Assembly: GCA_964416155.1 (NCBI GenBank)
Contig: CAYQCW010000001.1
Location: forward strand, 128,001-192,000
Source of the DNA: an uncultured Nitrososphaerota archaeon
GTDB lineage: Archaea > Thermoproteota > EX4484-205 > JAAOZP01
Length of the DNA: 64,000 nucleotides
Reading direction: 5' to 3'
Shown: positions 9,725 to 19,125 of the stretch, piece by piece
Layout: each line of letters begins with the position of its first letter
How positions within the stretch are numbered: position 1 is the first letter of the stretch
Notes under the pieces: model-generated
What the model was told of the DNA's origin: nothing
Database searches by the model: none
The model's input: the letters and a program-made list of their open reading frames with translations, nothing else
Position numbers and translations under genes: made by a program

Positions 9725-10096
9725 TTAACCTATTACTCCGCCAATAGCTCCCCCGATTATCGACATTATGGATCCGAATGCCAGCGACACTATGATTGCC
9801 CCGCCAGCGATTAGGCCTCCTAGAAGACCCAGTAACCCGCCGAGAACCCCGCCGAGGAGCCCCCCGACTCCAACGAAACCAATGACCAGAAGTATGGTTG
9901 CAATTACTCCGCCGAATACTCCTGCTAGAAACCCGGCTAAGGCGCCTCTACCGGGTCCTCCTCCGGCTATTAAACCGGCGATTAAGCCTCCGGTCAAAGG
10001 TCCGAAAACAGGGAAAAATGCGCCTAAGACAGAGTTTACTATGAATCCTAGGAATGCGCCGAGCCACAGGTTGCCTTCCCTCCTCATCCACACCAC
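9725..10096 (-). CDS. Small Gly-rich membrane protein (DUF5518-like)
   Basis: Hydrophobic GxxxG repeats, GPLTGGLIAG..GALAGFLAG. Confidence 0.7.
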   Translation of the reverse strand: MVWMRREGNLWLGAFLGFIVNSVLGAFFPVFGPLTGGLIAGLIAGGGPGRGALAGFLAGVFGGVIATILLVIGFVGVGGLLGGVLGGLLGLLGGLIAGGAIIVSLAFGSIMSIIGGAIGGVIG

Positions 10097-10317
10097 TAAA
10101 AATATTTGACATAACTGTGATTTAATTGTTTCCTACTTTACGGCAGGCTTCTTTCTAGCAAGGTAGAAAGTAGCGAAGCATGTAAAATTTTTCATCAAAT
10201 TCTAAGACATTGCTTCCATTCGGATTGGCCATTGGAAAAACGTTTATAGATGGAGTAATCAAACAGTATATAATGCTAATTTAGGACTCTTTTGGCTAGA
10301 TACCGGTTTTCTGCAAA

Positions 10318-10824
10318 TCAGCCTGCTGGAACTGATTCAACAATCAGCCGGGATTTCTCAGGCGTTATCCTTTTCTCCTCAAAGAATCCTGCAGGAGCTT
10401 CAATAGCATACTTAAAGCTTTCATCCACACCATATAGCTTCGTTGGGCTTGGATCCATGCGCACGATCCCCACTATTGCCCCATCCGACTTGATGAACGC
10501 TATGTCTAGGCTTGCCGCAACGTTACGCATATGGAATAAACCTTTAACCTCGTCGGGGAAAACGAAGAGTATAAGGGTTTTCTGCACGATGCTCCTGCTG
10601 ATGTTCTGAAAGCCTGCTGCACGCTCGTCAGGCTCGTCCGCAACCTTAACCTCAAGCTCCAGAACCTGGCTCTCATCGTTAACAATCCTAATCTTTGCAG
10701 CCCCCATCTTTTGAAACTCTTTAGTGACTCTTGAACCAGCGTCATCGAAGTATGATGTTAAAAACCAGAGTAAAACCGGAGCGGCCGCCAGCAGTATTAG
10801 AAGAACCTTCCCTCGTCTTCCCAA
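10318..10824 (-). CDS. DUF192 family protein with N-terminal membrane anchor
   Basis: VADEPDERAAG, FHMRNVAASLDIAFI, YAIEAPAGFF. Confidence 0.85.
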   Translation of the reverse strand: MGRRGKVLLILLAAAPVLLWFLTSYFDDAGSRVTKEFQKMGAAKIRIVNDESQVLELEVKVADEPDERAAGFQNISRSIVQKTLILFVFPDEVKGLFHMRNVAASLDIAFIKSDGAIVGIVRMDPSPTKLYGVDESFKYAIEAPAGFFEEKRITPEKSRLIVESVPAG

Positions 10825-11009
10825 ACCCCTTCCTATATGCTTAAGGCTGTTGAAAAGCTTTAATCTTTATTTCAGGCCGGACCGTTAAAAAGAAGAATTC
10901 TTTCAGCTCATAATCTTTAAAAGAAGAAAGGCGTCAAGCTCAAACGGTGCTCTCAGTACAACTTGACACACTAGATTCAGAAAAGCTAAAAAAGCTGGTT
11001 TCCTAGGTT

Positions 11010-12272
11010 TTACACCGTTGGATTGCTAATCCTTCCCATGAATAGAATGGCTCCTGTTTCCTTCTCCTGAATTATGAAGAGGAAAGGACGGTCTGCTCTA
11101 AAGATTTTTGTTTCCGGTACGGCAGTTAGCCTCATGACTACAGCGGTTGCGGCTGCCGCTTCAGTCCCCTTCTCATCAACCTTAACGTAAGCTTGGTGAA
11201 TAACTTCGCTGATAAACAAGTCTCTTCCGCCAGCCATTCCTGAGAAGTCCGCTTCCCCAGTGAACGCGGTAGGCATCCCCAGGTTGCTTAAAGTCTCCTG
11301 CATAAAGTATTTGGTTTCAATCTCGAATTTCGGCAGGCAGATCTCGTCCAGCCTCTCCTCCTTCATTTGAGCCTTATACTCTTCAAGCTTCTCCGCCGTT
11401 AGCGATGACTCTGCCGCCTCAATGTTTTCCGGCAGTATTATTAGCATCGAGACATTCCCCCCTTTGTATGGCAGCTCTAGAATTTGCAAATCCCCTATAT
11501 CAGCGTAGTTGAACCTTACTGTTTCATTTGGACGCATATGCATCATCTGAACCTTCACACTTCTATCCGGAGTTATCCAGAAATCCTCTTCCACGGTGAG
11601 CGATTCATTGAACGCTACCTTCCAGTCGCCTTTGAAGAAGATAGCGTTGGTTAAGACAAGCCGCGTAAGCTCGTTGAGAAGCCCAGGCGGGATCAAGTCT
11701 TTAATCTTATGATTCGTCTGCTCCTCTATGAAGGCGTTGATCGTTTCCCGCGACTTCTCAGCTTCATGAATAAAGTCTAAGGCTGAAGCCTTCCCGCCGT
11801 AATATTTTTCAACCGCCTTCAAATATTCTTCGAGAAACGGGTAGTCCTTCTGAGTCCAGAGTGCGTTTCCAGTCCTCAACTCGTATTCTTCAGCAGCCTT
11901 ATTAATACGGTTATAGATCGCGGCAAAATTCGGCCTCAATACACTGCTTTCAGGGAAGTTGAAAACGGTTTTCATTTCCTCCGCAGTTTTCCCCCTAGCA
12001 CCCTCATACGTCATTGCGAGAGAAGAGAAGATGCTGTAAGGCGAGTAGAAGACATTGCCAGCCTCGGTTTTAACCAATTTGAAATAAAGCTTGAAGGCGA
12101 ATTGATTATTAGCCTTCACGACGTCTCGAATCCCCTGTGGCGTTGAACCAGCATCGTTTGCCTGCGGAGGTCGAGTTGGAGAGTATGGGTATGGAAAGAA
12201 CATTGCTGCGAGAGGCACCATAGTAATCATGAGGAGCGCTACTCCAATTATCCATAATCTTCTTTTGCCCAT
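11010..12272 (-). CDS. Serpin (serine protease inhibitor) with N-terminal signal/anchor
   Basis: NVFYSPYSI, NAIFFKGDW, LELPYKG, LPKF, VDEKGTEAAAAT hinge, FRADRPFLF, LFMGRI. Confidence 0.96.
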   Translation of the reverse strand: MGKRRLWIIGVALLMITMVPLAAMFFPYPYSPTRPPQANDAGSTPQGIRDVVKANNQFAFKLYFKLVKTEAGNVFYSPYSIFSSLAMTYEGARGKTAEEMKTVFNFPESSVLRPNFAAIYNRINKAAEEYELRTGNALWTQKDYPFLEEYLKAVEKYYGGKASALDFIHEAEKSRETINAFIEEQTNHKIKDLIPPGLLNELTRLVLTNAIFFKGDWKVAFNESLTVEEDFWITPDRSVKVQMMHMRPNETVRFNYADIGDLQILELPYKGGNVSMLIILPENIEAAESSLTAEKLEEYKAQMKEERLDEICLPKFEIETKYFMQETLSNLGMPTAFTGEADFSGMAGGRDLFISEVIHQAYVKVDEKGTEAAAATAVVMRLTAVPETKIFRADRPFLFIIQEKETGAILFMGRISNPTV

Positions 12273-12451
12273 TGCTGAGTAAAACTCCTGATGATATTAG
12301 TTAAACATTGTGTTGTTCGACTTTTTAGAAAAGATTTCTTAAAGAAAGAGCATGCTGTACAATTTTTCGAACAGAGCGTTTCCAAGCATGATGATTGATT
12401 TATAAAAAGGAAAATAATGGAATGAGAAAGCATCAGAAAAAATAATTCAGA

Positions 12452-13603
12452 TCAGAACGAGATTTCCATCTTTCTACCTGTTTCAGCCGACTTCAATATG
12501 GCATCCATGATCACGTTGTTCCTGTAACCGTCTTCGAAAGTCGCTCCAAGAGGAGCAATATCTTCATCTTTAACCACCGACTTGATGAAGTGGTGTATTT
12601 CGTTTATGAAAGTGTGCTCCCATCCTATGATATGGCCGGATGGCCAGTATCTTTCTATGTAGGGCTGAGTCTTCTCAGTCACTAGAATAGTGTTCCAGCC
12701 GCCTATCGCCTTATCCTCCCATTCCTTCAAACATAGTTTCAACTCGTTAAGCCGCTCAAGGTTGAACTCTATAGAACCCTTCTCCCCGTTAATCTCGAAG
12801 TTATTATAGTTCTTCCTGCCGGTTGCAAACCTGGATGCTTCCAAGGTGCCTATTGCTCCATTATCAAGCTCTATAACAGCCTCGAAAGCATCGTCAACCG
12901 TTACCCTGCCCTTCCTACTCGGGTCCTCAGGCAGCGGCCTCTCCTCGATGAACGTCTTAACCATACCCATCACCGACTTAAATTCTCCAGCAATAAACCT
13001 TCCAAGGTCTATTATGTGGCTTCCAAGGTCGCCTAAGGGACCACTGCCAGCCTCCTCCTTCCTAAGCCTCCAGGTTAATGGGAAGTTGGGGTCAACAATC
13101 CAGTCCTGCAGATACCTCGCCCTGAAGTGATATATTCTCCCAAGCATGCCGGATTTAACAATGTTTCTAGCAAGCTGAACCGCCGGCACAAACCTGTAGT
13201 TGAAAGCAACCATTGTTTTAACACTAGCTCTCTTAGCAGCATCCCTTAGAACCCTCGCCTCCTTGCCATTTCTCGCGAGAGGCTTCTCGCACAACACGTG
13301 CTTACCGTTTTCGATCGCCTCAATCGTTGGCTCCACATGCATGTTGTTCGGAAGACAGTTGTCGACCACCTCTACCTCAGAATCTCCAACAGCCTTCCTC
13401 CAATCAGTAACGTACTTCCTAAACCCATAGTTTGTCGCAGCCTCCCTAACCTTTTCCTCAGTCCTACCGTATATCACGACCAGCTCGGGTATGGCTGGCG
13501 GAGGGTAGAAAAAGTGGGGCATGCTTTTGAAACCATGAGAATGCGCCTTTCCCATAAATGCATAACCCAGTAATGCAACTCCTATTTTGCGCGGGGCACT
13601 CAT
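12452..13603 (-). CDS. Gfo/Idh/MocA family oxidoreductase
   Basis: GYAFMGKAH, CEKPLA, FNYRF, GDLGSHIID. Confidence 0.93.
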   Translation of the reverse strand: MSAPRKIGVALLGYAFMGKAHSHGFKSMPHFFYPPPAIPELVVIYGRTEEKVREAATNYGFRKYVTDWRKAVGDSEVEVVDNCLPNNMHVEPTIEAIENGKHVLCEKPLARNGKEARVLRDAAKRASVKTMVAFNYRFVPAVQLARNIVKSGMLGRIYHFRARYLQDWIVDPNFPLTWRLRKEEAGSGPLGDLGSHIIDLGRFIAGEFKSVMGMVKTFIEERPLPEDPSRKGRVTVDDAFEAVIELDNGAIGTLEASRFATGRKNYNNFEINGEKGSIEFNLERLNELKLCLKEWEDKAIGGWNTILVTEKTQPYIERYWPSGHIIGWEHTFINEIHHFIKSVVKDEDIAPLGATFEDGYRNNVIMDAILKSAETGRKMEISF

Positions 13604-13784
13604 TTTACATCGTTTTTAGCATTAGGAGTTCTCTAATTTAAGCATTATGGAAGCCCCTATCCATTTAACACAATACACATTAGGAATTTGAGAAAAACAT
13701 CTTAGTGAATTTTTAAGCATCGAAGCCCGTTAAAAGCCTAAGTAAACTCTTATTAAGAGCGTCGTAGAATGAAAAACGGTTAGC

Positions 13785-14117
13785 ATGACAGAAATAAGAA
13801 TACCGGTTAAGATCAAGTATGCCGAGGACTTTGTAAGAGTATATGCGACGGGCGCGATAGGAGGCTTTAACGGGTTTGATTTCAGAATCGCCTTCTTTAA
13901 CGATGTTGTAAATCATCCGGAGGAGCCGACTCAGCCCCCTACTGTTAGTAGGGAGATTAAGGTTGAAGTAATCCTTACGCCGGTTGCATTAAAGCAGCTT
14001 ACTAAATGGCTGAATCAACACCTAGCTGAGCTTGAGAAGACGATTGGGGAGATTAAGGATCAGTACCCACCCCAGCCTAGCCAGCGTAGGGAGCCTCATT
14101 CAGGCTACTACGTTTAA
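13785..14117 (+). CDS. DUF3467-like small protein
   Basis: VYATGAIGG..DFRIAFF..EVILTPVALKQL pattern. Confidence 0.65.
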   Translation: MTEIRIPVKIKYAEDFVRVYATGAIGGFNGFDFRIAFFNDVVNHPEEPTQPPTVSREIKVEVILTPVALKQLTKWLNQHLAELEKTIGEIKDQYPPQPSQRREPHSGYYV

Positions 14118-14139
14118 CAAGCATTGTGGAATGGGAGAG

Positions 14140-15474
14140 ATGAGCGCTAGGACTGTGAAGCATGGAGGCGTCCGGATTGGTGTTTTAGGCGGCGGGCTCT
14201 CCGGGATGGCTTACGCTTACTTCTCGTCCAGAATGGGTTTCGACGTTACTGTGCTGGAAAAAAACATTGTTCCCGGAGGTTTGATGAGAAGCATTGTTGA
14301 AGAAGGGTTTACTTTCGACACTGGTGGTTCACACATAATTTTCTCTAAGGATATTGATGTTCTAAGCTTTATGCTCAGTCTTCTAGGGGATAACAGAATT
14401 GAAAACAGGAGGAATACCGCGATCCTCTACAAGGGCAGGCTTGTGAAATATCCGTTTGAAAACGGTTTATCCGACCTGCCATTCTTAGAAAACCTTTCAT
14501 GCCTACTGCATTTTCTCTACGCCAGAATACGGAGAAAACGCGAGCCGGGAAACCTCAGAGAGTTCTTTAACAGTTCTCTTGGAAGTGCTATTTCCGAGAA
14601 GTACTTGATTCCATATAATGAGAAAATTTGGAAGATGAGCATAGACGATATGTCTCTCGGTTTTATCGGCAGGATTCCTAATCCTAGCGTGATGGATGTG
14701 GTTAAGGCTTCTCTTGGGATAGGTTCAGAGGGATACGTTCACCAGCTTTTCTTCCACTACCCTAAGAAGGGAGGGATTCAGGCGCTCATAGAATCTTTAA
14801 GAAGCAGAGTGCATGGCGATGTGCTAACGGGCTTCGAGGTCAAGCATGCTGAAAACGAGTCAGGGGAATGGATTGTTTCAAACGGCCATGTAGAGAAGGT
14901 TTTCGACAAAATCGTCTCCACAATTCCTTTACATGATGCTGTGAAAGTGTTCAATGCTCCTCAGAATGTGAAGAGCGATGTCGAGAAGTTAAGGTTCAAC
15001 TCTCTTGTGACGGTTGCGATAGGATTGGAGGAGCTTAATGTTAAGGGTTTAAGCTGGCTGTATATTCCTGACAGGAATATTCACCCGCACAGGGTTAGCT
15101 TTCCTTCCAATTTTAGTCCGGAAACCGCTCCTGAGGGCAAGTCTTCTATACTTGCAGAAATAACTGTCAAGCCTGATGATCCTCTCCTCAGGACGAATAG
15201 TGATGAAGTTGCGAGCATGGTGGTTGAGGAGCTCGATAAGCTTAAGATTCTTTCTAAGAATAAGGTCGTCTACAGGAATGTTTTCCGAAACAAGTATGCG
15301 TACCCCATTCTTGATTCGAATCAAGAATGTGTCGGGAGAATAAGAGCCTTCTTCAACCAGATAGATGTGGAGCTAATTGGAAGGTTTGCAGAGTTCAAGT
15401 ATATCAATATGGATGACGCTATAAGAAATGTTGCAAATCATCTTGGCATAGAGAAGGTAAGCGAGTATGCTTAA
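14140..15474 (+). CDS. FAD-dependent oxidoreductase, UDP-galactopyranose mutase/protoporphyrinogen oxidase-like (start ATG 14131 or 14140)
   Basis: GGGLSG, GGLMRS, FDTGGSHIIFS, YNEKIWK, YPKKGG, YAYP, GRFAEFKYINMD; the ORF-track start at 14032 overlaps the upstream gene. Confidence 0.8.
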   Translation: MSARTVKHGGVRIGVLGGGLSGMAYAYFSSRMGFDVTVLEKNIVPGGLMRSIVEEGFTFDTGGSHIIFSKDIDVLSFMLSLLGDNRIENRRNTAILYKGRLVKYPFENGLSDLPFLENLSCLLHFLYARIRRKREPGNLREFFNSSLGSAISEKYLIPYNEKIWKMSIDDMSLGFIGRIPNPSVMDVVKASLGIGSEGYVHQLFFHYPKKGGIQALIESLRSRVHGDVLTGFEVKHAENESGEWIVSNGHVEKVFDKIVSTIPLHDAVKVFNAPQNVKSDVEKLRFNSLVTVAIGLEELNVKGLSWLYIPDRNIHPHRVSFPSNFSPETAPEGKSSILAEITVKPDDPLLRTNSDEVASMVVEELDKLKILSKNKVVYRNVFRNKYAYPILDSNQECVGRIRAFFNQIDVELIGRFAEFKYINMDDAIRNVANHLGIEKVSEYA

Positions 15475-15491
15475 GCTGTTACCTGCTGAGC

Positions 15492-17675
15492 CTATTGAAG
15501 TTTTTTCAGAACGATGCTTGCAACCTTACCATTGAAAGGTGGAATTTCAACCAGCAGCTTCCCTCGCACCATCTTAATATCTAGACCAGCCTCCTGACCG
15601 TCAAGCGCGAAGAGCCTACATGTCACTTCACCGTTAAGACTATAGAAATCGGCGTCAATCTCTATCAGAAAACTGTTTTTCTCAGGCCTGTAGTCAATAA
15701 GGTTTACCAACAAGCTTCTCCCATCAGAACTCTTAAACACTTTTGCAACCACTTTCTCAGAGCACCATTTTACTCCCAGGTCATCCATAAACCTTGAATC
15801 ATATTGCAACTGTTTAACCCTCTTTCTGAGAGCTATCAATCTCCTTACGTGCTCGGTTAATGGCTCACCCCTGTTAATCCTTGATCCCAACGGGAGTGTT
15901 GTTACGTCGAACCTGAACCCCAGCAGGTAGACCCTGTTGATAAGGTCTTCCAAGCCCACTTCACCATCCATATCTGGATAGTAGCACTTGCCTATCCATT
16001 CGACAGGCGGATTGGCGAAGCCGTCGATTATAATATACTCAGGAAAAGTATATGCAAAAACTTCTGGAGCAGGATGCATTGTCTGACTTGAGAAACTGGT
16101 GTAAAGATGGAGACTGCAATACTGCCCCACGGAATCCCCGTTTCCCTCGATACACAAGGAGAACTCCCGGTTAATCTTCCCACTCTCCTCGGAAAGCCTC
16201 TGGATAGTTTTAACTCTCCCCTGGGCCGAACACCCGTGATGCTTATGACCGTGTGCAAGGTTGAAACAGTAGGAAACCGGTGGGGAAAAAGTTTGATCTA
16301 TATAAGCAAAGTCGACACCATACTCCTTCAAGTATTTTTCCACAACCCAGTAGACTAAGTATTTCTGCCAGCCTTCAGAGTACGTACACATTATTCTGAA
16401 ACCGTCGTTTTCAAACTCCCTTCCAGGGTACTGCACAGTCGCTGACCCATCGAAGTTTGTTTGAGCATAATTCCTGAACTCGCTCATCCAGTCCGGGATC
16501 TTCTCGGATTCCGGAATCCTGATGCCTCTTGCAGAAAGATATTCTTTTACGAACGGCGAGAATGCTTGAATGTTAAAGTAGAAACCCACCGTACCTCCCT
16601 TACTTTTAACTGAGGATATTGCTTTCTTAAGCTCTTCAACAGTCCCCAGCCTTGGATCAGGATAGTAGAACCTGTAGCAGCATCCGTCTCCAACCATCTG
16701 CCCCCATAGCTGAACATGGTTTAAACCTAGATATTGAGCATCCTTGAAAAAATCTTCAACATCCTTGAACCCAGTCTTTATCTCTCCACCAGCCTTAAAA
16801 TGCACACCATACCATCCGTCGCTCCATTTCAGCTTTTCAGGAATATGGGGCTTCACCATCCAAGACTCAGCCCACTCCCTATATCTGTCGGCAGCCCAGT
16901 GCCAATCTCCTTCATGCACCCCGATTATAAACAGGCTTGACCTCCAAGAGCTTCCAACAGGTACATATACGTACTTTCTCATGCCGAGGCACATCGTCCT
17001 CTTGGAGGAGTCCGGTATTGATTCTAAAGCGGTAAGCACCAACTCCTTATCATGACTAGCAATATAGAGGCCCGCTTTCTCATCGTAAATATCCATCCAC
17101 ATCATTGAGGCAAAGCCGCCGTAAAGTAACGTTTCATAGTATGTTCCACATTTTCCAACCGGATCCTTGATTTTCTCTCCGAAACGGTTTGGCCTAACCA
17201 GTATATCGTCTTCACTAGTGTTACCTATGCATACTCCTTTCAACTGCGGGAAGCCTACCCCGACAACATCCTTTGAGCAGCCCGGATTCAGAGTATTGTC
17301 CACCTCAACATCACAGGTTAGAAGAGGGCTTTCGTCTTCAAGCCTAAACCTGCATTTAACATCCATCGATTCAATTCTGTGAAGAACCTCTACGGAAGAA
17401 CGTGAGCCGTCCTTGCTCAAACAGATTCCCCGCAAGGTCTCCGGTCCCGATGAAACCACTCTGAACGGCTCGTCATCATTCGCGTAAACAGTAGACTTCT
17501 TTCCCTTCTGGAGGAGCCAAACGTAAACCAGCTGGTCAGAGGGATGCTTCAGATACGTGGTTGAAACCGTTTTGTTCACGATCTGTCTTATCCCACCGCT
17601 TTCAGGGTTAAATGCTACTTCAACCTTATCGTTGCCCAGAATTAGATAACGATCCTCCATGTTCCTCGACGACAT
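15492..17675 (-). CDS. Putative glycoside hydrolase (DUF6259-like: N-terminal beta-sandwich + TIM barrel)
   Basis: HEGDWHWAADRYREW, YPDPRLGTVEELK, YGVDFAYIDQ; no signal peptide. Confidence 0.6.
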   Translation of the reverse strand: MSSRNMEDRYLILGNDKVEVAFNPESGGIRQIVNKTVSTTYLKHPSDQLVYVWLLQKGKKSTVYANDDEPFRVVSSGPETLRGICLSKDGSRSSVEVLHRIESMDVKCRFRLEDESPLLTCDVEVDNTLNPGCSKDVVGVGFPQLKGVCIGNTSEDDILVRPNRFGEKIKDPVGKCGTYYETLLYGGFASMMWMDIYDEKAGLYIASHDKELVLTALESIPDSSKRTMCLGMRKYVYVPVGSSWRSSLFIIGVHEGDWHWAADRYREWAESWMVKPHIPEKLKWSDGWYGVHFKAGGEIKTGFKDVEDFFKDAQYLGLNHVQLWGQMVGDGCCYRFYYPDPRLGTVEELKKAISSVKSKGGTVGFYFNIQAFSPFVKEYLSARGIRIPESEKIPDWMSEFRNYAQTNFDGSATVQYPGREFENDGFRIMCTYSEGWQKYLVYWVVEKYLKEYGVDFAYIDQTFSPPVSYCFNLAHGHKHHGCSAQGRVKTIQRLSEESGKINREFSLCIEGNGDSVGQYCSLHLYTSFSSQTMHPAPEVFAYTFPEYIIIDGFANPPVEWIGKCYYPDMDGEVGLEDLINRVYLLGFRFDVTTLPLGSRINRGEPLTEHVRRLIALRKRVKQLQYDSRFMDDLGVKWCSEKVVAKVFKSSDGRSLLVNLIDYRPEKNSFLIEIDADFYSLNGEVTCRLFALDGQEAGLDIKMVRGKLLVEIPPFNGKVASIVLKKLQ

Positions 17676-17777
17676 TCTTAAGCAGAGAAGAGTCCTTCCA
17701 GTATTAAGGCTTACTAGAAGCGGTGACGAATCTTTAAATAATGCTTGACCAAGCCTCTGTTCAACAGGGTGCTGACC

Positions 17778-18992
17778 TTGGCGAAAGTCTCTGTTGTAAA
17801 GGTTCCGTGAAAATGCTTCGACGAGGATGTTTTCAACGGTGTCAGGCGTAGCATAGAGCTGCTTGGCGGCCCGGGGTCCTTTGCGAAGCAGGGTGATAAG
17901 GTGGTTGTGAAGCCGAATATTCTGAACGTGACGGATGTTGAAGCCACTGACCCACGAGTAATATACGCGGTTTCGAAACTATTTGGAGATATTGGGTGTG
18001 ACGTTATCGTAGGCGAGAACCCTCTAGTCGGAACAAGGTCTAGCGAGGTTTTCGAAAAGATGCGGATAAGAGAGGTCGTTGAGAAAGCTGGAGCCAGGTT
18101 CGTTGATTTTCGTAGGGACGAGCAGGTAACAGTAGAGGTTCCGAATGCGAGAGGCTGCCCCACGCTGAGAATCGCCAAAACAGTCATGGAGGCTGATCTT
18201 CTCATAAGCCTCCCAGTCATGAAGCACCATGGACTGTGCAATGTTACACTGGGATTGAAAAACATGTGGGGGGTCATAGGGCCTACGCAGCGGCGGCTCG
18301 GCCATCTTAACGGCCTGAATTGGACCCTTGCGGAACTAAACAGAATCTTACGCGTGAGGCTAACTATTATAGATGGTTTAATAGGAGTTGGCCATAGTGA
18401 GGCTTTCCCCCTAGGGCTTATAATAGCCGGCGACGATCCTGTCGCCACAGACACTGTAGCCTGTCTGAGAATGGGTTTTAACCCGATGAGCATAGAGCAT
18501 ATACGCTATTCGCATGAACTCGGCATAGGGGAGATCGACCCGAAGAAAATAGAGCTCATAGGAATAACGCTTGAGCAGCTTGTTAAAGACGGGAAGGCTG
18601 TGAGAAAGATGTTTGTAATGCCCCTCGCTAAACCCGCAAGGCTTCTCAAGCATGCTAGGAACGTTAAGCTGGTTCAGGGAGACGTCTGCCCCGGTTGCAA
18701 GAAAAAGCTCTCCATAGCGATAAAAAAGATTGGTGTGAGGGAGATTGCGAAAGGGCCTAGAATGGCAATCGTTATCGGCAGGGGTGCAAAACCCTTGGAA
18801 GACCGTATAAACGTTATAATAGGCAGGTGTCTTGAAAACTACAGGGACAAGGGAATCTTCGTCGACTATTGCCCAGCCTACGACCCGGATATTCAGCAGG
18901 CTATTGAAGTAGCCCTTGGTAAGCGTGAAAAAATCACGTATCTCTGGGATGAGCTTGAAAAAAAGATGGAGAAAGAGTTGCCTGGAGCCTGA
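17778..18992 (+). CDS. DUF362 family Fe-S protein with in-frame TGA at codon 11 (17808-17810); intact ORF from GTG 17901
   Basis: MAKVSVVKVP*KCFDEDVFNGVRRSIELLGG..GDKVVVKPN is the typical DUF362 N-terminus; TDPRV, LPVMKHH..TLGLKNMWG, IIDG, DPVATD; C-terminal CPGC..GRC..YCP. Confidence 0.8.
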
Positions 18993-18997
18993 GATGC

Positions 18998-19027
18998 CAA
19001 CAGGAAGATGCTTGATGCAGACTGTTG
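18998..19027 (+). ncRNA. Kink-turn hairpin in the 3' UTR of the DUF362 gene
   Basis: CAACAG-GAA-GA-UGC-UUGAU-GCA-GA-CUGUUG: 6-bp C-stem, 3-nt bulge, tandem G.A/A.G pairs, 3-bp NC stem. Confidence 0.5.
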
Positions 19028-19125
19028 AAAAGCGAGCCTACTTTAACCGTGTAATAGCTCGTATTTGAAAGCCTTAACATGTTTGCTATAGTAACGTTTA
19101 ATTAAAGACCGCGAGAAAAACAATT

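Noticed and set aside
9768-10109. Pro-rich repetitive plus-strand ORF
   Set aside because: Mirror of the Gly codons of the minus-strand membrane protein
14032-14130. N-terminal extension of the flavoprotein
   Set aside because: Overlaps the upstream gene; the Rossmann motif begins after ATG 14131/14140
17714-18493. 259-aa minus-strand ORF
   Set aside because: Antisense shadow of the DUF362 gene with no recognisable motifs
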